64,000 nt of DNA from Candidatus Latescibacterota bacterium (GTDB lineage: Bacteria; Latescibacterota; UBA2968; UBA8231), in contig CBDETK010000013.1 in NCBI GenBank assembly GCA_965242865.1, positions 2,528,001 through 2,592,000 of the forward strand, read 5' to 3'. The position numbers and the translations under genes were made by a program. Below the pieces are notes generated by a model, which made no database searches, was not told where the DNA came from, and worked only from the letters and a program-made list of their open reading frames with translations. Positions 1 through 8,253 of the stretch are shown here, piece by piece. The stretch's first letter is position 1, and each line of letters starts with the position of its first letter.

Positions 1-2
1 CG

Positions 3-1259
3 GACCGAAAACATTTCACCATACACAGGTTTCGCGTGGCCGACATTTTGTTGAAGCGGCATTCGGCCGGGCGGTATGACCTGTTTGTGACGCATCACTA
101 TTTCACCGGCGATTGCCTCCGCTTCCGGTTGTCCGCTACAACGCTTGTGCAACAAGGCGGGGCCGTTGCGGTCACGTCGGCGTGGAGAACGATATTCGAC
201 GCCGAACCCTGCCTGCCTGTCGCCGCCGGCCTGCTTAGAGGAAACCTAGCGGGCGGCCGGATGTTGACGGACGGCCCCGACCATTTATTGGTCGTTATAG
301 GCTCTCATAGGAACTACTCTGACGCGGCCAGTTACGGGAGCTACGCTCAGGCCGCGGACTCGCACTTGGGCAAGCTCGTCCGCGTCGAAATCGAGACCGG
401 CCGGGCGGAGACGTTGGCCTTGGGCCTCCGCAATCCGCAGGGGCTCGCCCGGGACGCGGACGGCACCGTGTGGGAAACCGAGCACGGACCGGTGGGCGGC
501 GATGAACTCAACGTGTTGGTATCGGGCGGCAATTACGGTTGGCCGCAGGTTACGTACGGCGTTGGGGATGGAGGCGAGGTTCTCGTGCCCAGCGTCGAAG
601 ATATGGGGCACCATGATGGCTTTACAAAGCCCGTTTTCGCGTGGGTGCCGGCCATCGGCATCTCCAGCATCATCGTCAATGACGAGCGCTGGTTTCCGCT
701 GTGGAGAGACGACCTGCTGATCGCTTCGCTTATAGGCCGCTCGCTCTTTCGAGTCCGCCGCGCTGGCGTGGATGTGCAATACGTCGAGCGCATTGACATT
801 GGGACCCGAATCCGGGATCTCGCGCAAATGCCGGATGGACGGCTCGCGCTGTTGGACGATAGTGGACGGGTTCACTTCCTGAGCCGATCCTACGCCCATT
901 GCGCCGATAAGTCCGAGTGGGACCGCAACGTCTATGCGATCAACTGCCCAGATACGGTGAGTGCGGTCGCGGCGACAGGTGCTCAGCTATACAGCATGCA
1001 TTGCAGCGGTTGTCATAACCTGACGGTTGAGCAACACGGCCTCGGTCCGCATTTGGTCGGGGTGGTGGGGCGGCGCGTGGGTTCGGTGGGCGGCTACCTG
1101 TTCTCAGACGCCCTCGCCTCGCTAGACGAGGTGTGGACGCCCGCTGGCTTGGAGCGGTTTTTGGCGAATCCGCGGCAGTTTGCCCCGGGCACCGCCAAGC
1201 CGTCGTTGCACCTCACCCTAGCCGAAGCCCGCGCCATCGCCGACTTCATCGGGGACTAG
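3..1259 (+). CDS. PQQ-dependent sugar (glucose/sorbosone) dehydrogenase fused to a C-terminal class I cytochrome c; 5'-truncated by the window edge
   Basis: GLRNPQG, ETEHGPVGGDELN and GGNYGWP motifs of the soluble GDH family; CSGCH heme motif followed by GPHLVGVVGR; frame open back to position 3. Confidence 0.85.
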   Translation, partial: DRKHFTIHRFRVADILLKRHSAGRYDLFVTHHYFTGDCLRFRLSATTLVQQGGAVAVTSAWRTIFDAEPCLPVAAGLLRGNLAGGRMLTDGPDHLLVVIGSHRNYSDAASYGSYAQAADSHLGKLVRVEIETGRAETLALGLRNPQGLARDADGTVWETEHGPVGGDELNVLVSGGNYGWPQVTYGVGDGGEVLVPSVEDMGHHDGFTKPVFAWVPAIGISSIIVNDERWFPLWRDDLLIASLIGRSLFRVRRAGVDVQYVERIDIGTRIRDLAQMPDGRLALLDDSGRVHFLSRSYAHCADKSEWDRNVYAINCPDTVSAVAATGAQLYSMHCSGCHNLTVEQHGLGPHLVGVVGRRVGSVGGYLFSDALASLDEVWTPAGLERFLANPRQFAPGTAKPSLHLTLAEARAIADFIGD

Positions 1260-1359
1260 GCCGAGCCGCTGTATGCGGGCGGCCTGCTGGGGGCCGTCAT
1301 GCTTTCTCTTACGGTGCTTGATCTCGGCTTTTGGCTCCGTTCAAAGTAGCCAACATCGC

Positions 1360-1388
1360 TTGACATGCCCCCTAGCACACCGTATATT
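1360..1388 (+). promoter_or_regulatory. sigma70-type promoter of the ilvC-leu operon
   Basis: TTGACA (1360-1365), 17-nt spacer, TATATT (1383-1388). Confidence 0.75.
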
Positions 1389-1440
1389 GAAAACTTTTCT
1401 AAATTGAAAGCTAACTGCTTGGATTACTTAGATTTAGCCC

Positions 1441-1596
1441 ATGAGTGCGCCGTTCCTGTTCCCGCGTATTTTCCGCCCGACGTCAGTGTGGGCGCACCTC
1501 CTGCTCCTCCTCGACTTACTCATTAGGCCGGCCGTTCAAGTAGGCTTCGCTCCTCGTTTCACTTTTGACAGCCCAAGTAACGGACGAAGCCGCTGA
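1441..1596 (+). CDS. Putative Leu-rich leader (attenuator) peptide, 51 aa
   Basis: MSAPFLFPRIFRPTSVWAHLLLLLDLLIRPAVQV...; run of Leu codons directly 5' of a long hairpin, upstream of ilvC/leu genes; below the ORF-track size cutoff. Confidence 0.65.
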   Translation: MSAPFLFPRIFRPTSVWAHLLLLLDLLIRPAVQVGFAPRFTFDSPSNGRSR

Positions 1597-1606
1597 ACGC
1601 GCCGGC
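1527..1606 (+). promoter_or_regulatory. Long leader hairpin (attenuator-like structure)
   Basis: Nested complementary blocks GCCGGC/GCCGGC, CGTTCA/TGAACG, GGCTTCG/CGAAGCC, TCC/GGA; no U-tract follows. Confidence 0.55.
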
Positions 1607-1663
1607 TGTCAGCCAACTATGTCTATACAACAATCTCAACGCCCTCAGTGAAGGAGGATTTTC

Positions 1664-2656
1664 ATGCAGATGTACTACGACAACGACGCCAATCTCGATC
1701 TACTCTCGGATAAGACCGTGGCCGTCATCGGCTATGGCAGCCAAGGCCACGCGCATTCGCTCAACCTCGCGGAGAGCGGCGTCGAGGTGGTGGTGGGCCT
1801 GCGCACGGGTAGCCAGCGACGCGCTGAGGCCGAAGCCGCCGGGCTGGCGGTCGCCGACGTGGCCGAGGCCAGCCAGCGAGGCGATATCGTGGTGATCCTG
1901 ATCAACGACGAGGTCCAAAAGGCCGTGTACGAAGCCGATATCCGCCCCCAGCTCAAAGCGGGCAATGCCCTCGCCTTTGCCCACGGATTTAACATTCACT
2001 TTGGGCAGGTGGTGCCGCCGGCCGATGTCGATGTGTTCATGGTCGCGCCCAAAGGGCCGGGGCACTTGGTGCGCCGCGTGTACCAGCAGGGGGGGGGCGT
2101 GCCGGGCCTGCTGGCCATTTACCAAGACGCCACCGGGCGAGCGCACGAGGTCGGCTTGGCTTATGCCAAGGGGATTGGCTGCGGCCGGGCCGGAGTCATT
2201 GAGACGACCTTTCGCGAGGAGACCGAGACCGACTTGTTCGGCGAGCAGGTCGTGTTGTGCGGCGGTTTGACCGAGCTAATCCGTGCGGGGTTTGACACGC
2301 TCGTCGAGGCCGGCTACCAGCCCGAAGTCGCTTATTTCGAGTGCCTGCACGAGGTCAAGCTGATCGTCGATCTGATCTACGAGGGCGGCATCGCCAACAT
2401 GCGCTCGTCGATTTCGGACACGGCGGAGTTTGGCGACTTGACGCGCGGCCGGCGGGTGATAACCGAGCAGACGCGGGCCGAGATGAAGCAAATTCTCGCC
2501 GACGTGCAAAACGGCCATTTTGCGCGGGAATGGCTGGCCGAAAACCAAGTGGGCCGCCCGGTGTACAACGCGATCAAACGCCGCGATTCCGAGCACCTGA
2601 TTGAGACCGTCGGCGCCCAGCTGCGGGCGATGATGAGTTGGTTGGACGACAAATAG
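1664..2656 (+). CDS. ilvC: Ketol-acid reductoisomerase
   Basis: [17 protein letters not shown] and [10 protein letters not shown] motifs; SD AAGGAGG. Confidence 0.97.
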   Translation: MQMYYDNDANLDLLSDKTVAVIGYGSQGHAHSLNLAESGVEVVVGLRTGSQRRAEAEAAGLAVADVAEASQRGDIVVILINDEVQKAVYEADIRPQLKAGNALAFAHGFNIHFGQVVPPADVDVFMVAPKGPGHLVRRVYQQGGGVPGLLAIYQDATGRAHEVGLAYAKGIGCGRAGVIETTFREETETDLFGEQVVLCGGLTELIRAGFDTLVEAGYQPEVAYFECLHEVKLIVDLIYEGGIANMRSSISDTAEFGDLTRGRRVITEQTRAEMKQILADVQNGHFAREWLAENQVGRPVYNAIKRRDSEHLIETVGAQLRAMMSWLDDK

Positions 2657-2669
2657 GCCCCCCCGAAAG

Positions 2670-2790
2670 GAGATGAGCGCGATGGACCCCCTACTTAGCG
2701 AGTTGAGTTCCGATCCCGACCTTGAGTCGGTAGGCGGTCTCTACACGGCTGGAGGGGACTGTCTGCCGCTAGTACTCTCTCATCCGGCCA
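2670..2790 (+). promoter_or_regulatory. Structured intergenic RNA upstream of leuA (candidate cis-regulator)
   Basis: 15-bp stem 2728-2742/2754-2768 with five G-U pairs; competing hairpin CCGAC-CTTGA-GTCGG (2716-2730); closing GATGAG/CTCATC. Confidence 0.45.
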
Positions 2791-2809
2791 GCTTAGGAAA
2801 GAGCACATC

Positions 2810-4351
2810 ATGGCGAATGCAAATCGCGTATATATCTTCGACACCACCCTGCGGGATGCCGAGCAGACGCCCGGGGCCTCGCTGACGGTGCGGGAAAAGC
2901 TCGAAGTCGCCCACCAGTTGGCGCGGCTGCGAGTCGATATTATCGAGGCCGGCTTTCCGGTTTCCTCCAACGAGGACTTTGAGGCCGTGCGCCGCATTGG
3001 GCAGGAAGTTGCCGGGCCGGTCATCTGCGGGCTGGCCCGCGCCGTGCCCGAAGACATCGACCGAGCCGGTGCAGCGCTCCAAGGCGCACCCCGGCCGCGG
3101 ATCCACACCTTTATCGGCACCTCGGACATTCACCTCGCGGGCCAGTTGCGCAAGGGCCGAGAAGAGGTGCTGAAAATGGCGGTGGCAGCGGTGGAGCAGG
3201 CCAAGTCGCACTGCGCCGACGTCGAGTTTTCGCCGATGGACGCCGCGCGCACCGAGCCTAATTACCTCAACGAGGTCATCGCAGCGACCATTGCGGCCGG
3301 AGCCACGACGATCAACATTCCAGACACCGTGGGATATGCCGTGCCCGCAGAGTTTGGGGCGCTGATTGCCCAGATCCTCGCCGAGGTGCCCAACAGCGGC
3401 GACGCGATTATCAGCGTCCACTGCCACGACGATTTGGGCATGTCGGTCATCAACACGCTCTCGGCAATCAAGAACGGCGCCCGCCAAGCCGAATGCACGA
3501 TCAACGGCTTGGGCGAGCGGGCCGGCAATGCCTCGCTAGAAGAAATCGTCATGGCCTTAAAGACGCGCCAAGACTACTTCGGCTTTGACACCGAGGTGAT
3601 CACCGAGGAAATCGTCCCCACGAGCCGGTTGGTCAGCCGCTTGATGGGAATCGCGGTTCAGCCCAACAAGGCCATCGTCGGCGCCAATGCCTTCGCGCAC
3701 AGCTCGGGCATCCACCAAGATGGAGTGCTCAAGCAGCGCGACACCTTTGAGATCATGGAGCCGAAAGATGTCGGGCTAGACGATACCGAGATCGTGCTGA
3801 CGGCGCGCTCGGGCCGCGCTGCGTTGCGCCACCGGCTGGAGGTCTTGGGCTACGAGTTGAACAAAGAGGAACTGGACAAGGTGTACCAAGACTTCGTCGA
3901 GCTGGCCGACAAGAAAAAGGAGGTTTTCGACGAGGACCTAATTGAGATCGTCGGCGATTCGGACGAAGCGTCCGCGTCCGCGCACTACGAGCTCCAGTAC
4001 TTGCATTCGGTCAGCGGCACCGGCACGGTCCCTTCGGCCACAGTGCGGATGCGCATCGGCGACGCGACCGTCCAGCAGTCGTCTTGGGGCGACGGCCCGG
4101 TCGATGCGGCATATAAGGCCATTGGCTTGGCCTGCGGCACAGAGGCCCGGCTCGACGACTACGCCATCCGCGCCATTACCTCCGGCAGCCAAGCGCTGGG
4201 CGAGGTCACGGTGCATCTGTCGGACAACGGAAAAAAGGCGCGGGGCCGGGGCGTTTCCACCGACGTCATTGAGGCCAGTGCGAGGGCTTACGTGGATGCG
4301 CTGAACCGCTTGGCGGTAAAGAGCACCAAAGAATCACTCCAGACCGTATGA
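2810..4351 (+). CDS. leuA: 2-isopropylmalate synthase
   Basis: FDTTLRDAEQ, HCHDDLG, GLGERAGN and HSSGIHQDG motifs; C-terminal regulatory domain. Confidence 0.96.
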   Translation: MANANRVYIFDTTLRDAEQTPGASLTVREKLEVAHQLARLRVDIIEAGFPVSSNEDFEAVRRIGQEVAGPVICGLARAVPEDIDRAGAALQGAPRPRIHTFIGTSDIHLAGQLRKGREEVLKMAVAAVEQAKSHCADVEFSPMDAARTEPNYLNEVIAATIAAGATTINIPDTVGYAVPAEFGALIAQILAEVPNSGDAIISVHCHDDLGMSVINTLSAIKNGARQAECTINGLGERAGNASLEEIVMALKTRQDYFGFDTEVITEEIVPTSRLVSRLMGIAVQPNKAIVGANAFAHSSGIHQDGVLKQRDTFEIMEPKDVGLDDTEIVLTARSGRAALRHRLEVLGYELNKEELDKVYQDFVELADKKKEVFDEDLIEIVGDSDEASASAHYELQYLHSVSGTGTVPSATVRMRIGDATVQQSSWGDGPVDAAYKAIGLACGTEARLDDYAIRAITSGSQALGEVTVHLSDNGKKARGRGVSTDVIEASARAYVDALNRLAVKSTKESLQTV

Positions 4352-4372
4352 CCGCATAGAGGAGACTTGGAG

Positions 4373-5770
4373 ATGGGTAAGACGCTGTTGCACAAGGTTT
4401 GGGACGCGCACACCGTGCGTACGCTGCCTTCCGGGCAGACGCAGTTGTTCGTTGGCCTGCATCTGGTCCACGAGGTGACCAGCCCCCAGGCCTTTGCCAT
4501 GCTGCGGGAGCGCGGCCTCACCGTCCGCTTCCCGGAGCGCACCTTTGCCACGGTGGACCACATCGTGCCCACCGATTTGACGCAGCGGCCTTTTATCGAC
4601 GACTTGGCCGAAGAAATGATGGACGCGATCGAGCAGAATGCCGCCGAGTTCGAGATTCCGCTGTTCAATATCGGCGATCAGCGCCAAGGGGTGGTCCACG
4701 TCATCGGCCCGGAGTTGGGGCTGACCCAGCCGGGCATGACCATTGCGTGCGGCGACAGCCACACTTCAACGCACGGGGCCTTTGGCGCGGTGGCCTTTGG
4801 CATTGGCACCAGCCAAGTCCGCGATGTGCTCGCCACCCAGTGCTTGGCCATGGATCCGCTCAAGGTGCGGCGGATCGAAATCAGCGGTGCGCTGAGCGAG
4901 GGGGTGTACGCCAAGGATGTCATTTTGCACCTCATCGGGCGGCTCGGGGTCAAGGGCGGCGTTGGCTATGGCTATGAGTACGGCGGCTCGGTCGTTGAGG
5001 CCATGTCCATTGAAGAGCGGATGACGGTGTGCAACATGTCGATTGAGGGCGGTGCCCGAGTCGGGTATGTCAATCCAGACCAGACGACGTACGACTATCT
5101 CAAAGGGCGGCCCCACGCGCCGAGCCACTTTGAGCCGGCGGTCGCGTGGTGGGAATCCATGGCCTCGGACGCGGACGCCGAGTACGACGACGTAGTCCAT
5201 GTAGAAGGGGCGGACATCGGCCCGACCGTGACGTGGGGTATCACCCCGGGCCAATCGGTCGGCATTGATCAAGCACTGCCCTCGCTCGCCGCTTTTACCG
5301 CCGCCGAGCGGCCTAGTGTGCAGGAGGCCTTCGCCTATATGGACTTTGAGCCGGGCCAACCGATCGCCGGCACCAAAGTCGATGTGGCCTTTATTGGCTC
5401 CTGCACCAACGGCCGGCTCTCGGACCTGCGCGAAGCGGCCCGGGTGGCCCGCGGGCGCAAGGTGGCCCCCGGCGTCCGGGCGTTGGTGGTGCCCGGGTCG
5501 CAGCGAGTCCGCGCCGAGGCTGAGGCCGAGGGGTTGCACGAGGTGTTTGCGGAGGCTGGGTTTGAGTGGCGGGGAGCTGGCTGCTCCATGTGCTTGGCAA
5601 TGAACCCCGACAAACTCCAAGGCCGCGAGCTGTGCGCTTCGTCGTCCAACCGCAATTTCAAGGGCCGACAGGGCAGCCCCACCGGCCGCACCCTGCTGAT
5701 GAGTCCGGCGATGGTCGCGGCCGCGGCCGTGGCCGGCGAAGTGGCGGATGTGCGGGCGTTGGTCGGATAG
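4373..5770 (+). CDS. leuC: 3-isopropylmalate dehydratase large subunit
   Basis: [31 protein letters not shown] and SNRNF motifs; ATG after GGAG chosen as start. Confidence 0.97.
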   Translation: MGKTLLHKVWDAHTVRTLPSGQTQLFVGLHLVHEVTSPQAFAMLRERGLTVRFPERTFATVDHIVPTDLTQRPFIDDLAEEMMDAIEQNAAEFEIPLFNIGDQRQGVVHVIGPELGLTQPGMTIACGDSHTSTHGAFGAVAFGIGTSQVRDVLATQCLAMDPLKVRRIEISGALSEGVYAKDVILHLIGRLGVKGGVGYGYEYGGSVVEAMSIEERMTVCNMSIEGGARVGYVNPDQTTYDYLKGRPHAPSHFEPAVAWWESMASDADAEYDDVVHVEGADIGPTVTWGITPGQSVGIDQALPSLAAFTAAERPSVQEAFAYMDFEPGQPIAGTKVDVAFIGSCTNGRLSDLREAARVARGRKVAPGVRALVVPGSQRVRAEAEAEGLHEVFAEAGFEWRGAGCSMCLAMNPDKLQGRELCASSSNRNFKGRQGSPTGRTLLMSPAMVAAAAVAGEVADVRALVG

Positions 5771-5824
5771 GGGCCATTTTTGGAGCTCGTTGTATGTCGC
5801 GTGACGCAAGAGGAGATAGATTGA

Positions 5825-6076
5825 ATGAACGAATCGGCGATCCGACTACATATTGAGCCATTGGACGAGGGCGGCTTTCTTGCCACGAGTCCCGATGTCC
5901 CAGGCTTGGTTGCGGAAGGACGTAGCGTCACCGAGGCCGTCGAGATTGCACAGGGTCTCGCCCGCAAAATCGCCGAGTCGTGTATTGAACACGGCGACCC
6001 ACTTCCTCGCGCATTGGCGATTTTTCCGGGGGGTAGCACCGAAATTGAGCTGTTGATACCTGTCAGTGTGCCATAA
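5825..6076 (+). CDS. hicB: HicB-family antitoxin (short form, no DNA-binding domain)
   Basis: EGGFLATSPDVPGLVAEGRSVTEA...HGDPLP pattern. Confidence 0.85.
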   Translation: MNESAIRLHIEPLDEGGFLATSPDVPGLVAEGRSVTEAVEIAQGLARKIAESCIEHGDPLPRALAIFPGGSTEIELLIPVSVP

Positions 6077-6303
6077 TGAGTCGGCTCGCCGGGTTCAAGT
6101 ATCGAGATGTTGCTCGGCGACTGCGACGTTTTGGTTATGCGTTTGACCGTCCGGGACCGGGCAGTCACGAAGTTTGGCGTCATGCACAGACGGGTCGGAA
6201 AGTTACTGTGCCTCGTCACACTAGAGATATGGCGGAAGGAACGCTTCGCGCCATTCTGCGAGAGGCCCAAATTGACGTCGACGACTTTCTCGGGGCTCGT
6301 TAG
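6076..6303 (+). CDS. hicA: HicA-family mRNA interferase toxin
   Basis: GSHEVW catalytic His motif, VPRH...GTLRAILREA; TAATG overlap with hicB. Confidence 0.88.
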   Translation: MSRLAGFKYRDVARRLRRFGYAFDRPGPGSHEVWRHAQTGRKVTVPRHTRDMAEGTLRAILREAQIDVDDFLGAR

Positions 6304-6345
6304 ATAGTTGCGTGGACTTGTTAAAGCAATCATTAAGGGGACACC

Positions 6346-6939
6346 ATGGAAAACGCGAGTGTAATTAAGACAATAGTTGGGCGCGGCGTGGTGGTGCGCG
6401 GCGCGGACATCGACACCGACCGCATCATCCCAGCCCGCTTTTTGCGGACGGTGACCTTTGACGATTTGGGGGGCCATGCCTTTGAGGACGATCGCGCGGC
6501 AGGCGATCATCCCTTTGACCAAGCGCACTTTCAAGGGGCGTCGGTCCTGTTGGCCAACGCCAATTTCGGCTGCGGCTCTTCGCGCGAACACGCGCCGCAG
6601 GCCCTGATGCGGTGGGGCATCAAGGGCTTTGTCGCCGAGTCCTTTGCCGAGATTTTCTTTGGCAACTGCATCGCCATGGGGCTGCCCTGTGTGCGGGTGG
6701 AGGCCGAGGACATGCAGACGCTGATGGCCGCGGTCGAGCGCGACCCCGCGCAGGAAATCACCATCGATCTCGAAAGGCGGAAGGTCCGCTACACTGGCGG
6801 CGAGCAAGCAGCCGCGATCGCCGATGGCCCACGCGAGCAGTTTCTCAAGGGGAGTTGGGACTCGCTGGGCCAGCTTTTGGCCGCTGGCGACCGGATTGAG
6901 AGCACCACGCGGAAGCTGCCGTATATGGCGGGGTTCTGA
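6346..6939 (+). CDS. leuD: 3-isopropylmalate dehydratase small subunit
   Basis: DIDTDRIIP, NFGCGSSREHAP and SFAEIFFGN motifs. Confidence 0.96.
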   Translation: MENASVIKTIVGRGVVVRGADIDTDRIIPARFLRTVTFDDLGGHAFEDDRAAGDHPFDQAHFQGASVLLANANFGCGSSREHAPQALMRWGIKGFVAESFAEIFFGNCIAMGLPCVRVEAEDMQTLMAAVERDPAQEITIDLERRKVRYTGGEQAAAIADGPREQFLKGSWDSLGQLLAAGDRIESTTRKLPYMAGF

Positions 6940-6952
6940 GGGAGCCGATGAG

Positions 6953-7186
6953 ATGGGATTCATCAAAGTAAATGGACGGAAAATTGCCAACCCATTCGCC
7001 CGGGTGCTGATACCGACGACCGCTTTGCTGGTTTTGGCTTTTGCCGTGGCGGTCGTTATCTGCGCCATTCTAATCGCGACCGGGTTGGTGTTCGCGGTGT
7101 TGATCCTCACGGTTGGCGCGATGTTGCTATACGCCGCGGTTCGAGTCGTGGTCACAGGATGGCACTATTTTGCCAAAAGGAGATAA
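6953..7186 (+). CDS. Small hydrophobic membrane protein (77 aa)
   Basis: MGFIKVNGRKIANP followed by a long hydrophobic stretch; fills the leuD-leuB gap; GGAG upstream. Confidence 0.6.
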   Translation: MGFIKVNGRKIANPFARVLIPTTALLVLAFAVAVVICAILIATGLVFAVLILTVGAMLLYAAVRVVVTGWHYFAKRR

Positions 7187-7190
7187 ATAA

Positions 7191-8249
7191 TTGCACAAAA
7201 TCGCCGTAGTACCCGGAGATGGAACCGGCCCCGAAGTCGTGTCCGAGGGGCTGAAGGCCCTCGACGCCGTTGCTCGCAAGATGAGCTTCCAGTACGAAAC
7301 CGCAGAGTTTGACTTTGGCGGCGACCGCTACCTGCGCACCGGCGAGCTTTTGCCGGACTCGGCGGTCGACGAGTTTCAGCAGTTCGACGCTATTTACTTG
7401 GGGGCCATCGGCCACCCGGACGTGAAGCCCGGCCCCCTCGAAAAGGGCATCCTGTTAAAGCTGCGCTTTGAGCTCGACCAGTACATCAACCTGCGCCCGG
7501 TCAAGCTCTACCCCAATGTGCCGACGCCGATTAAGGACAAGGGGCCGGCCGACATCGACTTTGTGGTGGTGCGCGAAAACACCGAGGGGATTTACACCGG
7601 GGCCGGCGGCTTCTTCAAGAAGGGGACGCCCGACGAAATCGCGGTGCAGGAATCGATCAACACGCGCAAGGGCGTCGAGCGCTGTCTGCGCTACGCCTTT
7701 GAATACACCGAGCGGCGCGACAAGGACAACACCTTGACGCTGTGCGGCAAGACCAACGTGCTAACCTATGCCTTCGACCTGTGGGAGCGGGCGTTCCACG
7801 AAATCGGCGCGGCCGACTATCCCGCCATCAAGCGCGACTACGCCCACGTGGATGCGATCTGCATGTGGATGATCAAAAATCCCGAGTGGTTCGACGTGGT
7901 GGTCACCGACAACATCTTCGGCGACATCATCACCGATTTGGGCGCGATGATCCAAGGCGGGATGGGCATTGCCGCTGGTGGCAACATCAACCCCGAGGGC
8001 GTGTCCATGTTTGAGCCAATCGGCGGCTCGGCCCCCAAGTACACCGGCCAGAACATCATCAACCCGCTGGCCGCCATCGCCGCCTGCCAGCTCATGCTCG
8101 ACACGCTGGGCGAGCGCGAGGGTGCCAGCCTTTTGGAGGGGGCCATCGTCTCGACGCTGGCCAAGCTCGACGATTTAGGGGCGGGCAGGATGGGGTATTC
8201 CACCGCGGAAGTAGGCGATCTAGTGGCGCAGGCCGTGGCGGACGCCTAG
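7191..8249 (+). CDS. leuB: 3-isopropylmalate dehydrogenase
   Basis: PGDGTGPEV, NLRP, VRENTEG, DNIFGDIITD and EPIGGSAP motifs; TTG start after GGAG. Confidence 0.94.
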   Translation: MHKIAVVPGDGTGPEVVSEGLKALDAVARKMSFQYETAEFDFGGDRYLRTGELLPDSAVDEFQQFDAIYLGAIGHPDVKPGPLEKGILLKLRFELDQYINLRPVKLYPNVPTPIKDKGPADIDFVVVRENTEGIYTGAGGFFKKGTPDEIAVQESINTRKGVERCLRYAFEYTERRDKDNTLTLCGKTNVLTYAFDLWERAFHEIGAADYPAIKRDYAHVDAICMWMIKNPEWFDVVVTDNIFGDIITDLGAMIQGGMGIAAGGNINPEGVSMFEPIGGSAPKYTGQNIINPLAAIAACQLMLDTLGEREGASLLEGAIVSTLAKLDDLGAGRMGYSTAEVGDLVAQAVADA

Positions 8250-8253
8250 GGCC

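Noticed and set aside
1389-1663. T-box riboswitch or classical terminator attenuator before ilvC
   Set aside because: No T-box consensus (GGTGGNACCGCG) and no hairpin followed by a U-tract.
5335-7155. Long antisense ORFs (e.g. 606 aa here; also 9829-11154 and 48926-50236)
   Set aside because: They are shadows of well-supported genes in high-GC DNA, with no recognisable motifs.
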